A model generated the notes under the pieces. It did not search any database and was not told where the DNA came from. It saw only the letters and a program-made list of their open reading frames with translations. DNA of 64,000 bases from an uncultured delta proteobacterium (GTDB lineage: Bacteria; Myxococcota_A; Polyangia; Polyangiales; Polyangiaceae): assembly GCA_963716725.1 (NCBI GenBank), contig CAVQUB010000018.1:1-64000 (forward strand), written 5' to 3'. The position numbers and the translations under genes are program-made. How positions within the stretch are numbered: the stretch's first letter is position 1; the number at the start of each line of letters is the position of its first letter. Of this stretch, positions 1-9,118 are shown in pieces.

Positions 1-1
1 G

Positions 2-541
2 GGCAACGAAGAGATCGCTTATTCGCGCCACAAGCGCCTGATCGAGAACGATCTCGAGCGCTACCGGAGGGACCACCCCGAGCTCGGGCAGCTGGTGTTC
101 CGCCCGGGAACCGTGATCGGCGCCGGCGTCTCGACTCCGGTGACGGAGCTCTTCGAGGCCAAGCTGATGGTCGGCGTGGCGGGCTCGAATTCGCCCTTCG
201 TCTTCATTTGGGACCAGGACGTAGTCGAGTGCATCGTGCGCGGAGTGTTCGGCCCCGAGACGGGGATCTACAACCTGGCCGGCGACGGTGCCCTCAGCCC
301 GCAGGAGATCGCGGCTCGCCTGGGCAAGCGCTACCTGCCTCTGCCCGCCGGGTTGATCGCCGGCGCGCTCAGCGTTCTGAAGCGCTTGGGCAAGTCGCCC
401 TATGGGCCGGAGCAGGTGAAATTCCTGCGCTACCGCCCGGTACTGTCGAACCGCGCGCTCAAGGAGCGATTCGGCTACACGCCGCAGAAGACCTCCCGCG
501 AGGCCTTCGAGCTGTACGCACTCGGGGTCGCGGCTCGCTGA
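2..541 (+). CDS. NAD-dependent epimerase/dehydratase (extended SDR), 5'-truncated by window edge
   Basis: Frame open from base 2 (GNEEIAYSRHKRLIE..., catalytic YxxxK), then FRPGTVIG, GIYNLAGDG and a C-terminal FGYTP typical of extended SDRs. Confidence 0.85.
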   Translation, partial: GNEEIAYSRHKRLIENDLERYRRDHPELGQLVFRPGTVIGAGVSTPVTELFEAKLMVGVAGSNSPFVFIWDQDVVECIVRGVFGPETGIYNLAGDGALSPQEIAARLGKRYLPLPAGLIAGALSVLKRLGKSPYGPEQVKFLRYRPVLSNRALKERFGYTPQKTSREAFELYALGVAAR

Positions 542-548
542 GCCGACG

Positions 549-1668
549 TCAACGCGCCGACGCCAGCAGCTCCGGACCCGCCAACGCCCTCGCCAGCTGG
601 GCCGAGTCACAACCGTACTTCCGCCGCACCGCCACCTCGATGGGCACCACTCGAAGGCTGGGGTCGGAGGAGATCTGCGAGAGCGCCACGCTCAAGGCGT
701 CGGTACGGATGTAGTCGTGAATCAGGATCACTCCGCCCCTTCGCGCGTGGTGGGCGAGGTTGTGCGTCAGGTACGCAAAGTCGTACTTCCGCTGAGGATT
801 CGTGTCGCCGGACTCGCCGTGCCACATGACGTTGAGCATGCCGAGCCGCGAAAGCGCCGCGGCGTAGAGCTGCTTCTGGGCGGGGGTCGACAGCCCGACG
901 TAGGGCGTCCCGGCCGGCGGCCGCGAGTAGACGATGGGGTAGGGCCGACGTCCCTCGCCGAAACCACGTTCGGCCAGCACGCCAGCGTGGCGCTCGGAAA
1001 AGCTGCGCCACTTGCTGCGCAAGGACCCGCCCGGCAGGTAGGTCCCGGCCTTCTCCTCGAAGACCCGCCCGAAGAGCGCGTCGAAATCGTCCCCGGACTT
1101 TGCGACGAGGGCGAGCTCGATGAGGATCTCGCGTCACCTCGTGTTGACCGCGGATGTACTCGACGCTTCGTTCGCCATGGTTGCGCACCGCCATGCCGAC
1201 GTCGTGGTTGTAGCTGTGCGAGGCCAGTGTGTGCCCCTCTGCCACCATGCGTTGCACCAGCGCGTAGGTGTCCTTGTTGATGGCGCGTCCCACCAGGAAG
1301 AAGGTCGCTGGCATGCCGTGCTTCTTCAGGAGCTCGAGCACCTTCGGAGTCTTGCCGGGGTGGGGACCGTCGTCGAAGGTGAGCACCACTTCCCCCTTGG
1401 GCCACGCTTCCGACGGGTAGAATCCGGCTGGCAGCTTCTCACTCTCTTCGAAGCTGCACGCCGGAGCGGCGTGTGGCTCAGGCGCCTTGGGCTGCGTCTC
1501 GGCAGGCAGCAGGAGCCCGGGCGCCGTGACCTTCGCCAACCGGTCGCGCGCACGGACGGTGAGCGCCGGCGCTTCGGAGGCGACCAGGCGCAGCTCCGGG
1601 CCGCGCGCCCCGCAGGCGGTCACCAGAGCGATCACGAGGCCGACCAGCGCTGCGTAGGCTTTGTCCAT
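549..1668 (-). pseudogene. Polysaccharide deacetylase (CE4/NodB-type) lipoprotein, split by a +1 frameshift near 1131 (possibly a sequencing error)
   Basis: ORF 607..1668 has lipobox-like VTAC, TFDDGP, ATFFLVG and HSYNH. After HEVT the coding-like frame shifts to EILIELAL... and runs into ORF 549..1022, which has YSRPP and GGVILIHD (CE4 motifs 3 and 5). Confidence 0.8.
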
Positions 1669-1833
1669 CTCGCAGCAGATACGGAGATCCGTGACAGCCG
1701 GCCGGGTCGCGCCGGTGGCCCGAGCCGCGCGCCGGTCGCCGGTCTCGGCTGGCTTGATTCATGCTGGTTTCGCCTCTTGTCACGCTTCGCCGTAAGGCAG
1801 TGATAACCCCTGCCCTGTGAGCCAAGCCCGCCG

Positions 1834-2481
1834 ATGACGGACGACGACGAGCCGAGCGACGCAGAGCTGCTCGCGTCGATTGCATCGAGCTCTCTTGGGC
1901 TCGACGCGAAGCAGCGTGCGCAAGCGGTGTTCTACACCCGGCACGTCCGCTATCTGTATGGCGTGCTGAAGCGGCAGACCAAGCTCCTCTCGGCTGCTGG
2001 CATCAGCGCCGAAGATCTCGCGCAAGAGACCTTTCATCGAGCTTTCGAGCGCGCTCACACCTTTCGCCCCGCCGACGACCTCGATGCGGATCACACGCGC
2101 CGCCGTACGCGCGCTTGGCTCGGGCGCGTGGCGCAGCACCTGTTGGCTGATCACCTGGAGCGGTTCCGCGAGGTGTCGGCGTCGCCCTACCTCGAGCGGC
2201 TCTCGTGCGACGAGATCGACGAGACGCCTCGCAACTCGAGAGAACTCGAACTGGTGACCGAAGGCCTCGATGAGTTGAGCGAGCGCGAGCAGGACGTGCT
2301 CAGGGTCACCGCCCTGTATCAGCGCGCGGGAGATCACCAGCGACTGCCGAACGCGATCTCGGCGGAGCTCGCGTTACGCTGGGAAACGACCAACGAAAAC
2401 ATCCGAGCAATCCGCAGCCGGGCACTCAAGAAGCTCTCCGACTTCGTCACCGGCCGCATGGCGCAGGAGAAGGTGCAATGA
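1834..2481 (+). CDS. ECF RNA polymerase sigma-70 factor
   Basis: Region 2 AEDLAQETFHRAF...RAWLGRVAQHLLADHL; region 4 LDELSEREQDVLR...NIRAIRSRALKKL. Confidence 0.85.
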   Translation: MTDDDEPSDAELLASIASSSLGLDAKQRAQAVFYTRHVRYLYGVLKRQTKLLSAAGISAEDLAQETFHRAFERAHTFRPADDLDADHTRRRTRAWLGRVAQHLLADHLERFREVSASPYLERLSCDEIDETPRNSRELELVTEGLDELSEREQDVLRVTALYQRAGDHQRLPNAISAELALRWETTNENIRAIRSRALKKLSDFVTGRMAQEKVQ

Positions 2482-3650
2482 CGAGCAAGAAGGACGACGG
2501 CCAGGGCGAACGCCTCGTCGAGGCGTTGCTCGCGGACGCTTTCGCGGAGCGCGGCGAGCTGATCCCGACGACGGAAGATGAGGTCCGACGAGCCGAGCAG
2601 CAAGACCTGGAGTTCGCTGGCGACTTGCCCGAGAGCCTCCGCGCTCTTCGGCCTTCGAGCGAGGAGCGCAGAGCGCCGCTGCCGCCCCAAGACGCCACGC
2701 TGATCTCCCTGGTCGACGCCCGGAGGCGACGGGCCTCATGGCTCACTCACGGCATCGCTGCCGCGGTGGGCGCTGCGGCGGCTGCCGCGCTCTTTTGGGG
2801 ACAGAACAAGGGCGTCGAACCGGGCGCCAACCTGCCCACCGGGGAAGTGCCGGCAAAAGCCGCCGCGGACGCCGCTCGACCGGACGAGAAGATCACCCTG
2901 CCCCCAGCCAAGACCTGCGGCGCATCCTGCTGCGCGGGAGAGGCCTGCAGCGCCGCCAAGAGCGGGCTGTCGAGCTGCAGCTCTGGACGGAAGTGCATCG
3001 CCTGTTCGAACGAGGAGCTCGCGGCCAGCCGCTACCGGCTCCGATTCGGCGCATTTGCTCCCACCGAGCTCGGCGCCAAGGCGGTCACGTCGGCAGGTCC
3101 GGGCGGTCTCGAGCTCTGCGTTCGCGTGGGAAGCTCGGAGATCGCCTGCGTGCCAGCGCACGCGAACAGCGACGGCACGGAGCAGTGGTCGCGGCTTCCG
3201 CTGGTGGCGAGCGCCCAGGACTTGTTGGCGGGCTTCGTGCTCGAGGTCCGACCGAAGCTCGCGGGCGCGAAGGCCGTCGGCGCGTGGAGAAGTCCCGTGC
3301 AAATAAGCCCCACCGTGCTGTGCAAGGGACTCTCCCTGCGCCCGCAGAACACCAAGGAAGAAGTCCTCGGCGTAGTGTCCGTATTCCTGGAGGACGCGCA
3401 CTTCGTCGAGTTGCGCCGCGACGCCAGCGTCGAAGCGCTGCGGGCGCACCGAAGGCGTTTCGTCCTCAGCGACGTCCCGGCAACGCTCTTCGAGACCAGC
3501 GCGCACGGCGACCGGAAGTTTGCGTTGGTACTGGGACCCCTGGACAAGCCCGCGACCGAGCGCCTGCGTTGGTCGGTGCTCGAGGGCGGCGAGGACGCCC
3601 GGCTATCGGTGGGCGAAGACTTCGTGGGCGAGCCCACGTCCGCGGACTAG
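2478..3650 (+). CDS. Putative anti-sigma factor: cytoplasmic N-terminus, one TM helix, Cys-rich periplasmic region, possible C-terminal SPOR-like domain
   Basis: ATGA overlap with the sigma gene; TM WLTHGIAAAVGAAAAAALFW; Cys cluster CGASCCAGEACS...CSSGRKCIAC. Confidence 0.65.
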   Translation: MTSKKDDGQGERLVEALLADAFAERGELIPTTEDEVRRAEQQDLEFAGDLPESLRALRPSSEERRAPLPPQDATLISLVDARRRRASWLTHGIAAAVGAAAAAALFWGQNKGVEPGANLPTGEVPAKAAADAARPDEKITLPPAKTCGASCCAGEACSAAKSGLSSCSSGRKCIACSNEELAASRYRLRFGAFAPTELGAKAVTSAGPGGLELCVRVGSSEIACVPAHANSDGTEQWSRLPLVASAQDLLAGFVLEVRPKLAGAKAVGAWRSPVQISPTVLCKGLSLRPQNTKEEVLGVVSVFLEDAHFVELRRDASVEALRAHRRRFVLSDVPATLFETSAHGDRKFALVLGPLDKPATERLRWSVLEGGEDARLSVGEDFVGEPTSAD

Positions 3651-3712
3651 GAGCCATCCCCAGTTCTCGAGCGACGAACCCGCGGGGACGGTGATTCGAG
3701 CGCTGGGCCCGG

Positions 3713-4051
3713 TCACAGCGCGCGTACTTCGCCCAGCGCGCGTGCTGCCGCATCCCAATCGAACACCGGCAGACCGTGGGTCGACTGCCCCGAAGCCCAG
3801 CGACGACTCACCTCGCTGAGCGCCTCGGTCCGAGTCGTTGCCCAACCCGTGATGCAGACGGCGTCCTTCGAGCGCCCGAGCTGGGCATCGATGCGCCAGG
3901 CGGCGGGGTCGTCGCTGCTCATGCTCGGGGTGACGCGGACGCTCACCTCGACGTCGTTGCAGACCAGCTCGTAGGCCATCGACGCCCTCTCGCGATACTG
4001 CATCGCGATGCGCAGAACTCGAGGGTCGCGGGCAGGCGTGGCGCGGGACAT
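3713..4051 (-). CDS. Hypothetical protein (~112 aa)
   Basis: ATG at 4051 after purine-rich GAAGAGAAAGAAG; globular composition; ends FDWDAAARALGEVRAL. Confidence 0.6.
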   Translation of the reverse strand: MSRATPARDPRVLRIAMQYRERASMAYELVCNDVEVSVRVTPSMSSDDPAAWRIDAQLGRSKDAVCITGWATTRTEALSEVSRRWASGQSTHGLPVFDWDAAARALGEVRAL

Positions 4052-4248
4052 TGCTTCTTTCTCTTCGGACGGAAGGCGCCCTGGCGCCCGACGGTTCGTA
4101 GCGCGGAACTCACTTCCGAAAGTCACACAGGCAACGGTCACTGCGGCAGATCCCGCCAGCTCACCCGCTGCGAACACAGGACATTAGCCCAGCGCCGCGA
4201 GATCGCAATGCGACGGCAGCCGACGGGCCGTTCTCGCGAGGAAAGGGG

Positions 4249-5778
4249 CTATTGAGCGCCGGCATCTGCAGGCGGCTTCAGCCGGAGCAGCGTCGCGCGC
4301 CCCAGGTCATCGAGCGCACCGCTCAGGTCACCGGCGTCGGCGCGGGAGTCACGGCGTGCCTCGAGGGCCTGTGACAAAAGCACCCGCACTGCCTCCGAGT
4401 CTTCGAGCTCTTGGGCTCGCTCCACCGCCGCTACCGCCGCCGCCGGTTCGCCCACCGCGAGGAGCGCGACGGCCAAGTTGTGGTGTGCACGAGACTCAGT
4501 GGGATCCAAGTCGATGGCCTCGCGGTAGCGCAGGATGGCTTCCTGGTGCCGGCCGGCGCCCGCCAGCGACACGCCTTCGCCAATCAAGAGCGAAGCTAGC
4601 GCCGCCTTCAGCTCCGGGGTGGGTGAGATTTCGACGGTCCGACGCAACTCCGCAATCCCGCCGGCTCGGTCTCCTGACTTGTCCAGCGCGAGTCCAAGAT
4701 TGCGACGAGCGGTGGCGTTCGTGTCATCGACGGCGAGAGCACGGCGGTAGGCGGCGATGGAACCCGCGTCGTCGCGGGCTTCCGCCAGCGCGACGCCGTG
4801 GTTGATGTGGGCTCCAACCAGCGCGCGCTGGTGCCGATCGTCGGGATCGATCTGGTAGGCACGTTCGAGGTGGGTGATGGCGGCGTCGAATTGCCCCTGA
4901 CGCTCGAGCGCGAGCCCGAGATCGTAGTGCGCGATCGCATCGCCGGGTTCGAGCTCGAGGGCCCGTCGGTAGGCGACGATAGCCCGGTCGAAATCTCCGC
5001 CCCGAGCGAAGTCGACCCCGCGATTCACAGCCGCTGAAGCGGTGTCGGAGCGGTCTCGGTTCAACACCGATCCGGTGAACGCCACCACGACCGCCGAGAG
5101 CACCAACGCCGCGGGCAGCTGCGCGTGGGTTCTTCGCGGCGCACGACGGCGAATGACGACACCCAGGAGCCCACCCGCCGCCAAACCGCCGACATGGGCG
5201 GCGTTGTCCGCGCCAACGAGCACGCCGAAGGCGAGCGTGACCACTGCCCACGTGACGAGCATCCGGCGTTCGTCGAAACGACGACCAAAATGAGCGTGCA
5301 CCGCTCCAGCGGCGATGGCTCCACAAAGCGCCCCCGATGCTCCCGCGGACACGACCGGCGAGGAGTGGTGCCACCCCACCGAGGCCAGGGATCCCACTAG
5401 CCCAGACGACAGATAGATGGCGACGAAGGTCACTCGTCCGTAGTCGCGCTCGAGCGTCGGTCCGATGGACACGAGCGCAGCCGAGTTCAAGCACAAGTGC
5501 AGAAGGCCGATGTGCAGGAACATCGACGCGATCAGTCGATGCAGTTGGCCCTCCCGCACGAGCGGCGCGTAGCTCGCTCCGAATCGCATCAGTGTCTCGC
5601 TGGACGCAGCCGCAAGCTCGGCCCGGCCGCCGGTGAGCACCATCGCCACATGCGCCACGACGTAGGCTCCGAGCAGGATCGCGGTTGGGCTCGATGCCCA
5701 ATCACTCGCGGGCGAAGACCGACTGGAGGACGACACGCCGACGTCTTTGTCACGAGACGGGCCCGTCTTGGAAGCCAT
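4249..5778 (-). CDS. Rhomboid intramembrane serine protease with C-terminal TPR repeats
   Basis: SMFLHIGLLHLCLN, catalytic GASG and DNAAHVGG, followed by several TPRs (e.g. AIVAYRRALELEPGDAIAHYDLGLAL). Confidence 0.9.
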   Translation of the reverse strand: MASKTGPSRDKDVGVSSSSRSSPASDWASSPTAILLGAYVVAHVAMVLTGGRAELAAASSETLMRFGASYAPLVREGQLHRLIASMFLHIGLLHLCLNSAALVSIGPTLERDYGRVTFVAIYLSSGLVGSLASVGWHHSSPVVSAGASGALCGAIAAGAVHAHFGRRFDERRMLVTWAVVTLAFGVLVGADNAAHVGGLAAGGLLGVVIRRRAPRRTHAQLPAALVLSAVVVAFTGSVLNRDRSDTASAAVNRGVDFARGGDFDRAIVAYRRALELEPGDAIAHYDLGLALERQGQFDAAITHLERAYQIDPDDRHQRALVGAHINHGVALAEARDDAGSIAAYRRALAVDDTNATARRNLGLALDKSGDRAGGIAELRRTVEISPTPELKAALASLLIGEGVSLAGAGRHQEAILRYREAIDLDPTESRAHHNLAVALLAVGEPAAAVAAVERAQELEDSEAVRVLLSQALEARRDSRADAGDLSGALDDLGRATLLRLKPPADAGAQ

Positions 5779-5933
5779 GGTGTTGCAAAACCGCCACAGG
5801 CGATGACCACGGTTCACAGGGACAACCACTGGAAAATACCCAAATATTCGGCCGCGGAGGAAGCCGGGGAAGCCGCTGTTCCGAGCCACCGTAGCAGCTG
5901 GATGAACGCCTTTTCTTCGACTGGGAGAACGAC

Positions 5934-6884
5934 ATGCTGCGACGATCACTCACCGCCCTCGCCGTCTCGACGCTGGTGCTGGCAAACGCCTGCACCCTGC
6001 CCCAAGGTCCCCAGGACAGCGAGAACACCGCACCGCCGGTGAACGCCCTGACCGACCCGGCGCATCCCGGCATTGAGGCGTGCATGCAAGGTGAGGTCGA
6101 AGCCGAGCTGCAGATCGCTCGTGACTTCGAAGACAGCTGTCACGAGATGGTGATCTGTGGCGGGCTCTCGGCCGCGTTTACCGTCACACTGGTCGAGGTC
6201 TTGATCAACGCCGCCTCGGGCAAGTCCACCGAGCCCGGCGGCTTCGTTTACGTGGGCCAAGGACGCTACGCAGCGGGGACGCAGATGGAGCTGACTCTCA
6301 AGCTCGCCAAGGACATGACCTTCGGCAAAGCGGGGGACGTCATCGACTTCGATCTGTTCAACGTCGCCAACTACTTCACCAGCGCCAAGTTGGCGGCGTC
6401 GGCTTCCATCAGCACCACCGGCGAGGCGAAGACCAGCCTGTCGATAGAGTTCGAGGGAACCGCAAAGGGCTACGAGCTCCTGGGCCTGAAGCCCGGCGCC
6501 GACGGCACGATCCAGACCGATCTCGCCACGATCTCCAAGAATCTGGGCGCGAGCATCTTGATTGAAACCAAGATCTCGATGAGCGACGAACGCGAGAGCA
6601 GCACCATCGTCTACGAGCTCGAGAGCCCGGCCACCCTGCTCTCGAGCTACCTGGCGTCCGGGCCCATGGACATGCGCCTGGTCGAGGTCGCGGGCAGCGC
6701 CTCGAGCACGGGGCAGAGCATCACGGTCAAGAACTGGGCGATGCAGTTCAAGGCCTCGAGCTCGTCGGGCACGCTGGACGGCAGCATCGACTTCGAAATC
6801 CGTGGAGGAGCCTTCGACTACGTCGCGAAGTTCACCTATCCGCACCGCAAGGCGCCCGACGTGGCGCTCTCGTGTGCTCAGTGA
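5934..6884 (+). CDS. Hypothetical lipoprotein
   Basis: Signal peptide with lipobox-like LANAC; RBS GGGAGA; beta-rich mature region. Confidence 0.75.
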   Translation: MLRRSLTALAVSTLVLANACTLPQGPQDSENTAPPVNALTDPAHPGIEACMQGEVEAELQIARDFEDSCHEMVICGGLSAAFTVTLVEVLINAASGKSTEPGGFVYVGQGRYAAGTQMELTLKLAKDMTFGKAGDVIDFDLFNVANYFTSAKLAASASISTTGEAKTSLSIEFEGTAKGYELLGLKPGADGTIQTDLATISKNLGASILIETKISMSDERESSTIVYELESPATLLSSYLASGPMDMRLVEVAGSASSTGQSITVKNWAMQFKASSSSGTLDGSIDFEIRGGAFDYVAKFTYPHRKAPDVALSCAQ

Positions 6885-6890
6885 ATCAGC

Positions 6891-7529
6891 TCACTGGAAG
6901 TTCTGGATGGCCCAGACCGGCCCACCCGCGGTCTGGTAGAAGCCGCAGGCCACCTTGCTGTACTGCGTGCTCGACATGTTCAAGTAGTGACCGTGCTTCT
7001 GGAAGTCCGCGCCGGGTCCCTCCGCCCACATCTGCGCCAGGCAAGTCGTGACCGTGGCGTCTAGGGACGGGTACCCCGGACACTCGTTCTGCGCAGACTC
7101 CCCGCAGGCCGGGAAGGCGCCGTGGGCCTTCCCGGTCTCGCTGTCGCTCTTGGCCTCGCCGTCGGTGCACGCCTCGGCGCTCGTCCACCGCTGGTAGGGC
7201 GGCAGACTCAGCGTGGCGCGATAGGCGTTGATCTGCTCGAAGCACTTCACGCGGTAGCTCTCGAGCGGATCGCTGCTGCCACCTCCGCTGCCGGTGGCCC
7301 CACCCGTCGCGGTGGTCCCGCCCGTCGCGGTGGCTCCGCCCGTCGCGGTCGTTCCGCCCGTCGCGCCACCCGAGGTCCCGCCCGTTGCCGAGCCACCGGT
7401 GGCCGCACCGCCGCTGGCGTTGGCGCCGCCGACGCTCGAACCAGCGTCGCCGAACGACACCTCGTCGTAGCCGAGCACGCTGCTGCAGCCGGCGGCGAGC
7501 ACGACGAGGACGGCGGCGCACGAGCGCAT
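6891..7529 (-). CDS. CAP/SCP domain lipoprotein with Gly/Thr linker
   Basis: Lipobox LAAGC; GGTTATGG repeats; CAP motifs INAYRA, HGHYLNM, KVACG, WAIQNF. Confidence 0.85.
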   Translation of the reverse strand: MRSCAAVLVVLAAGCSSVLGYDEVSFGDAGSSVGGANASGGAATGGSATGGTSGGATGGTTATGGATATGGTTATGGATGSGGGSSDPLESYRVKCFEQINAYRATLSLPPYQRWTSAEACTDGEAKSDSETGKAHGAFPACGESAQNECPGYPSLDATVTTCLAQMWAEGPGADFQKHGHYLNMSSTQYSKVACGFYQTAGGPVWAIQNFQ

Positions 7530-7607
7530 GCCTCGAATATGAGCCAGCCGCGCGCCAGGTACAAGCACACCCGCGGCGGCGATGGCCAGCGGGTCAGCGC
7601 GCGTCGG

Positions 7608-9005
7608 TCACGCGATGCCGAGCTTGCGCAGGCGGTCGTAGAGCTTGTGTCGGGAAATCCCCAATGACATCGCCGCTCGAACCTTGTTGCCGTTGAAGTG
7701 ACCGAGAGTGGTGCGAATCAGCTGGATCTCGGCCTCAGCCAGGCTCGGCAGATCGCTCGCGTTGGCGTCGCGGGCGCCGCGCGACGCGAACCCTTGGGTC
7801 AGGCTCGGGGGCAGGTCCCCGACCTCGATCAGGCCGCCCTCACCCGTGGTGACGGCGTGCTCGATGGCGTTGCGAAGCTCTCGCACGTTCCCGGGCCAGG
7901 CCGCGGCGAGCAGCACATCGAGGGCGCTCTTGGACACGCCCCAGATGCAGCCACAGCGGCGATGGCAGAACGTGGACAGGAAGTGTTCGACCAAGGGCTC
8001 GATGTCATCGGTCCGCTCCCGAAGCGGGGCGAGGTGGATGGTCGAGCTGCGAAACTTGGCGAGCAAGTCCCCGCGCAGCTCGCCGCGTGCGATGACACCC
8101 TCGAGGTCTCGACTGGTCGCAGCCACGACCCGGACATCGACAGGCACGTCGCTGGTGCCCGACACGGGTCGCACGCTGCGCTCGTCGATCACCCGCACGA
8201 GCTGAGCCTGCACCTCGGGTGAGAGCGAGGTGATCTCTCGAAGGAACAAGGTCCCGCCGGCGGCGGCCCGAAATAGCCCGGGATAGTCCCGAGCGACCTG
8301 CCCGCGAGCGTGGCCGAAGAGCTCGCTCTGCGCGAGGTTCGTCGGAAGCGCCGCACAGTTGACCGGCACGAAGGCCGCTCGGTCTTCGCCGGCGGCAGCG
8401 TGAATGAGTCGCGCCAGCGTCTCTTTGCCGACGCCGTCCTCACCCGTAATGAGCACATCGCGACGGCTCTTCGCCGCCAGCTGCGCGGCCTCGCGAGCCG
8501 CGTCGATAGCCCTACTCTTGCCGACCAGGCCCGAGCGCGGCTGGGTCGGCTCTGCGCCGTTCCGCCGTAGGGGAACCAGAGGTTGAGCGCAGCGCCCACG
8601 GTCGTTTTCGCCGTGCTCACGGTAGGCACGCACGTAAGCGCGGGCGCGCTGAGCGCTCAAGCTGCTGAGCGCGCTATGAGCCTCGGTCGATAGCCCGGCT
8701 CCGAACACGCGCTCGGCGGCCGCCGTGCTACAGGCAGCGATGGCCAGGAGCTGCGAGAGCGCGACTCCGCGCCGCGCCAAGCACGACGCGGTGGCTTGGA
8801 GGGCGGCATCGAGAGATCCATTCGACCGGAGCACGTCGGGCTCCGCCAGGCGCTCGAGCTCGGTCTCGAACGCGCCTTCGAAGTCCTTGCTCTCGATGTC
8901 CAGCGCATCGCCCAGCTCGGCCGCGCACACTCGACGCCACTCCTCCAGGTACTCGCCGCGTCGCTCGACCAGGGGCGCTAGGGCGGACAACTGTGCGAGT
9001 TCCAT
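7608..9005 (-). CDS. Sigma54-interaction (bEBP/NtrC-like) AAA+ regulator with Fis-type HTH; GAFTGA and Walker B degenerate
   Basis: VLITGEDGVGKE, FVPVNCAAL, SELFGH, WPGNVRELRNAIE, GNKVRAAMSLGISRHKLYDRL. Confidence 0.88.
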   Translation of the reverse strand: MELAQLSALAPLVERRGEYLEEWRRVCAAELGDALDIESKDFEGAFETELERLAEPDVLRSNGSLDAALQATASCLARRGVALSQLLAIAACSTAAAERVFGAGLSTEAHSALSSLSAQRARAYVRAYREHGENDRGRCAQPLVPLRRNGAEPTQPRSGLVGKSRAIDAAREAAQLAAKSRRDVLITGEDGVGKETLARLIHAAAGEDRAAFVPVNCAALPTNLAQSELFGHARGQVARDYPGLFRAAAGGTLFLREITSLSPEVQAQLVRVIDERSVRPVSGTSDVPVDVRVVAATSRDLEGVIARGELRGDLLAKFRSSTIHLAPLRERTDDIEPLVEHFLSTFCHRRCGCIWGVSKSALDVLLAAAWPGNVRELRNAIEHAVTTGEGGLIEVGDLPPSLTQGFASRGARDANASDLPSLAEAEIQLIRTTLGHFNGNKVRAAMSLGISRHKLYDRLRKLGIA

Positions 9006-9043
9006 GGTGACGGCGAGCCTGCCGCGCGCCCCGGCGCGCCGCA

Positions 9044-9057
9044 CTGATGATTGTCAT
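9044..9057 (-). promoter_or_regulatory. Candidate CRP/FNR-family box upstream of the bEBP gene
   Basis: CTGAT-GATT-GTCAT (TGA-N6-TCA core), centred about 45 bp upstream of ATG 9005; similar to the box upstream of nirS. Confidence 0.4.
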
Positions 9058-9118
9058 GATCGGGCACAGTCGTCTGGGATTCTCCGGCTTTGCTGGCGCT
9101 GCCTGGCCGGATCTGGGG

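Noticed and set aside
7290..7410. 18-bp tandem repeats as a possible CRISPR or DNA repeat element
   Set aside because: In-frame GGTTAT peptide linker of the CAP lipoprotein; no spacers and no cas genes
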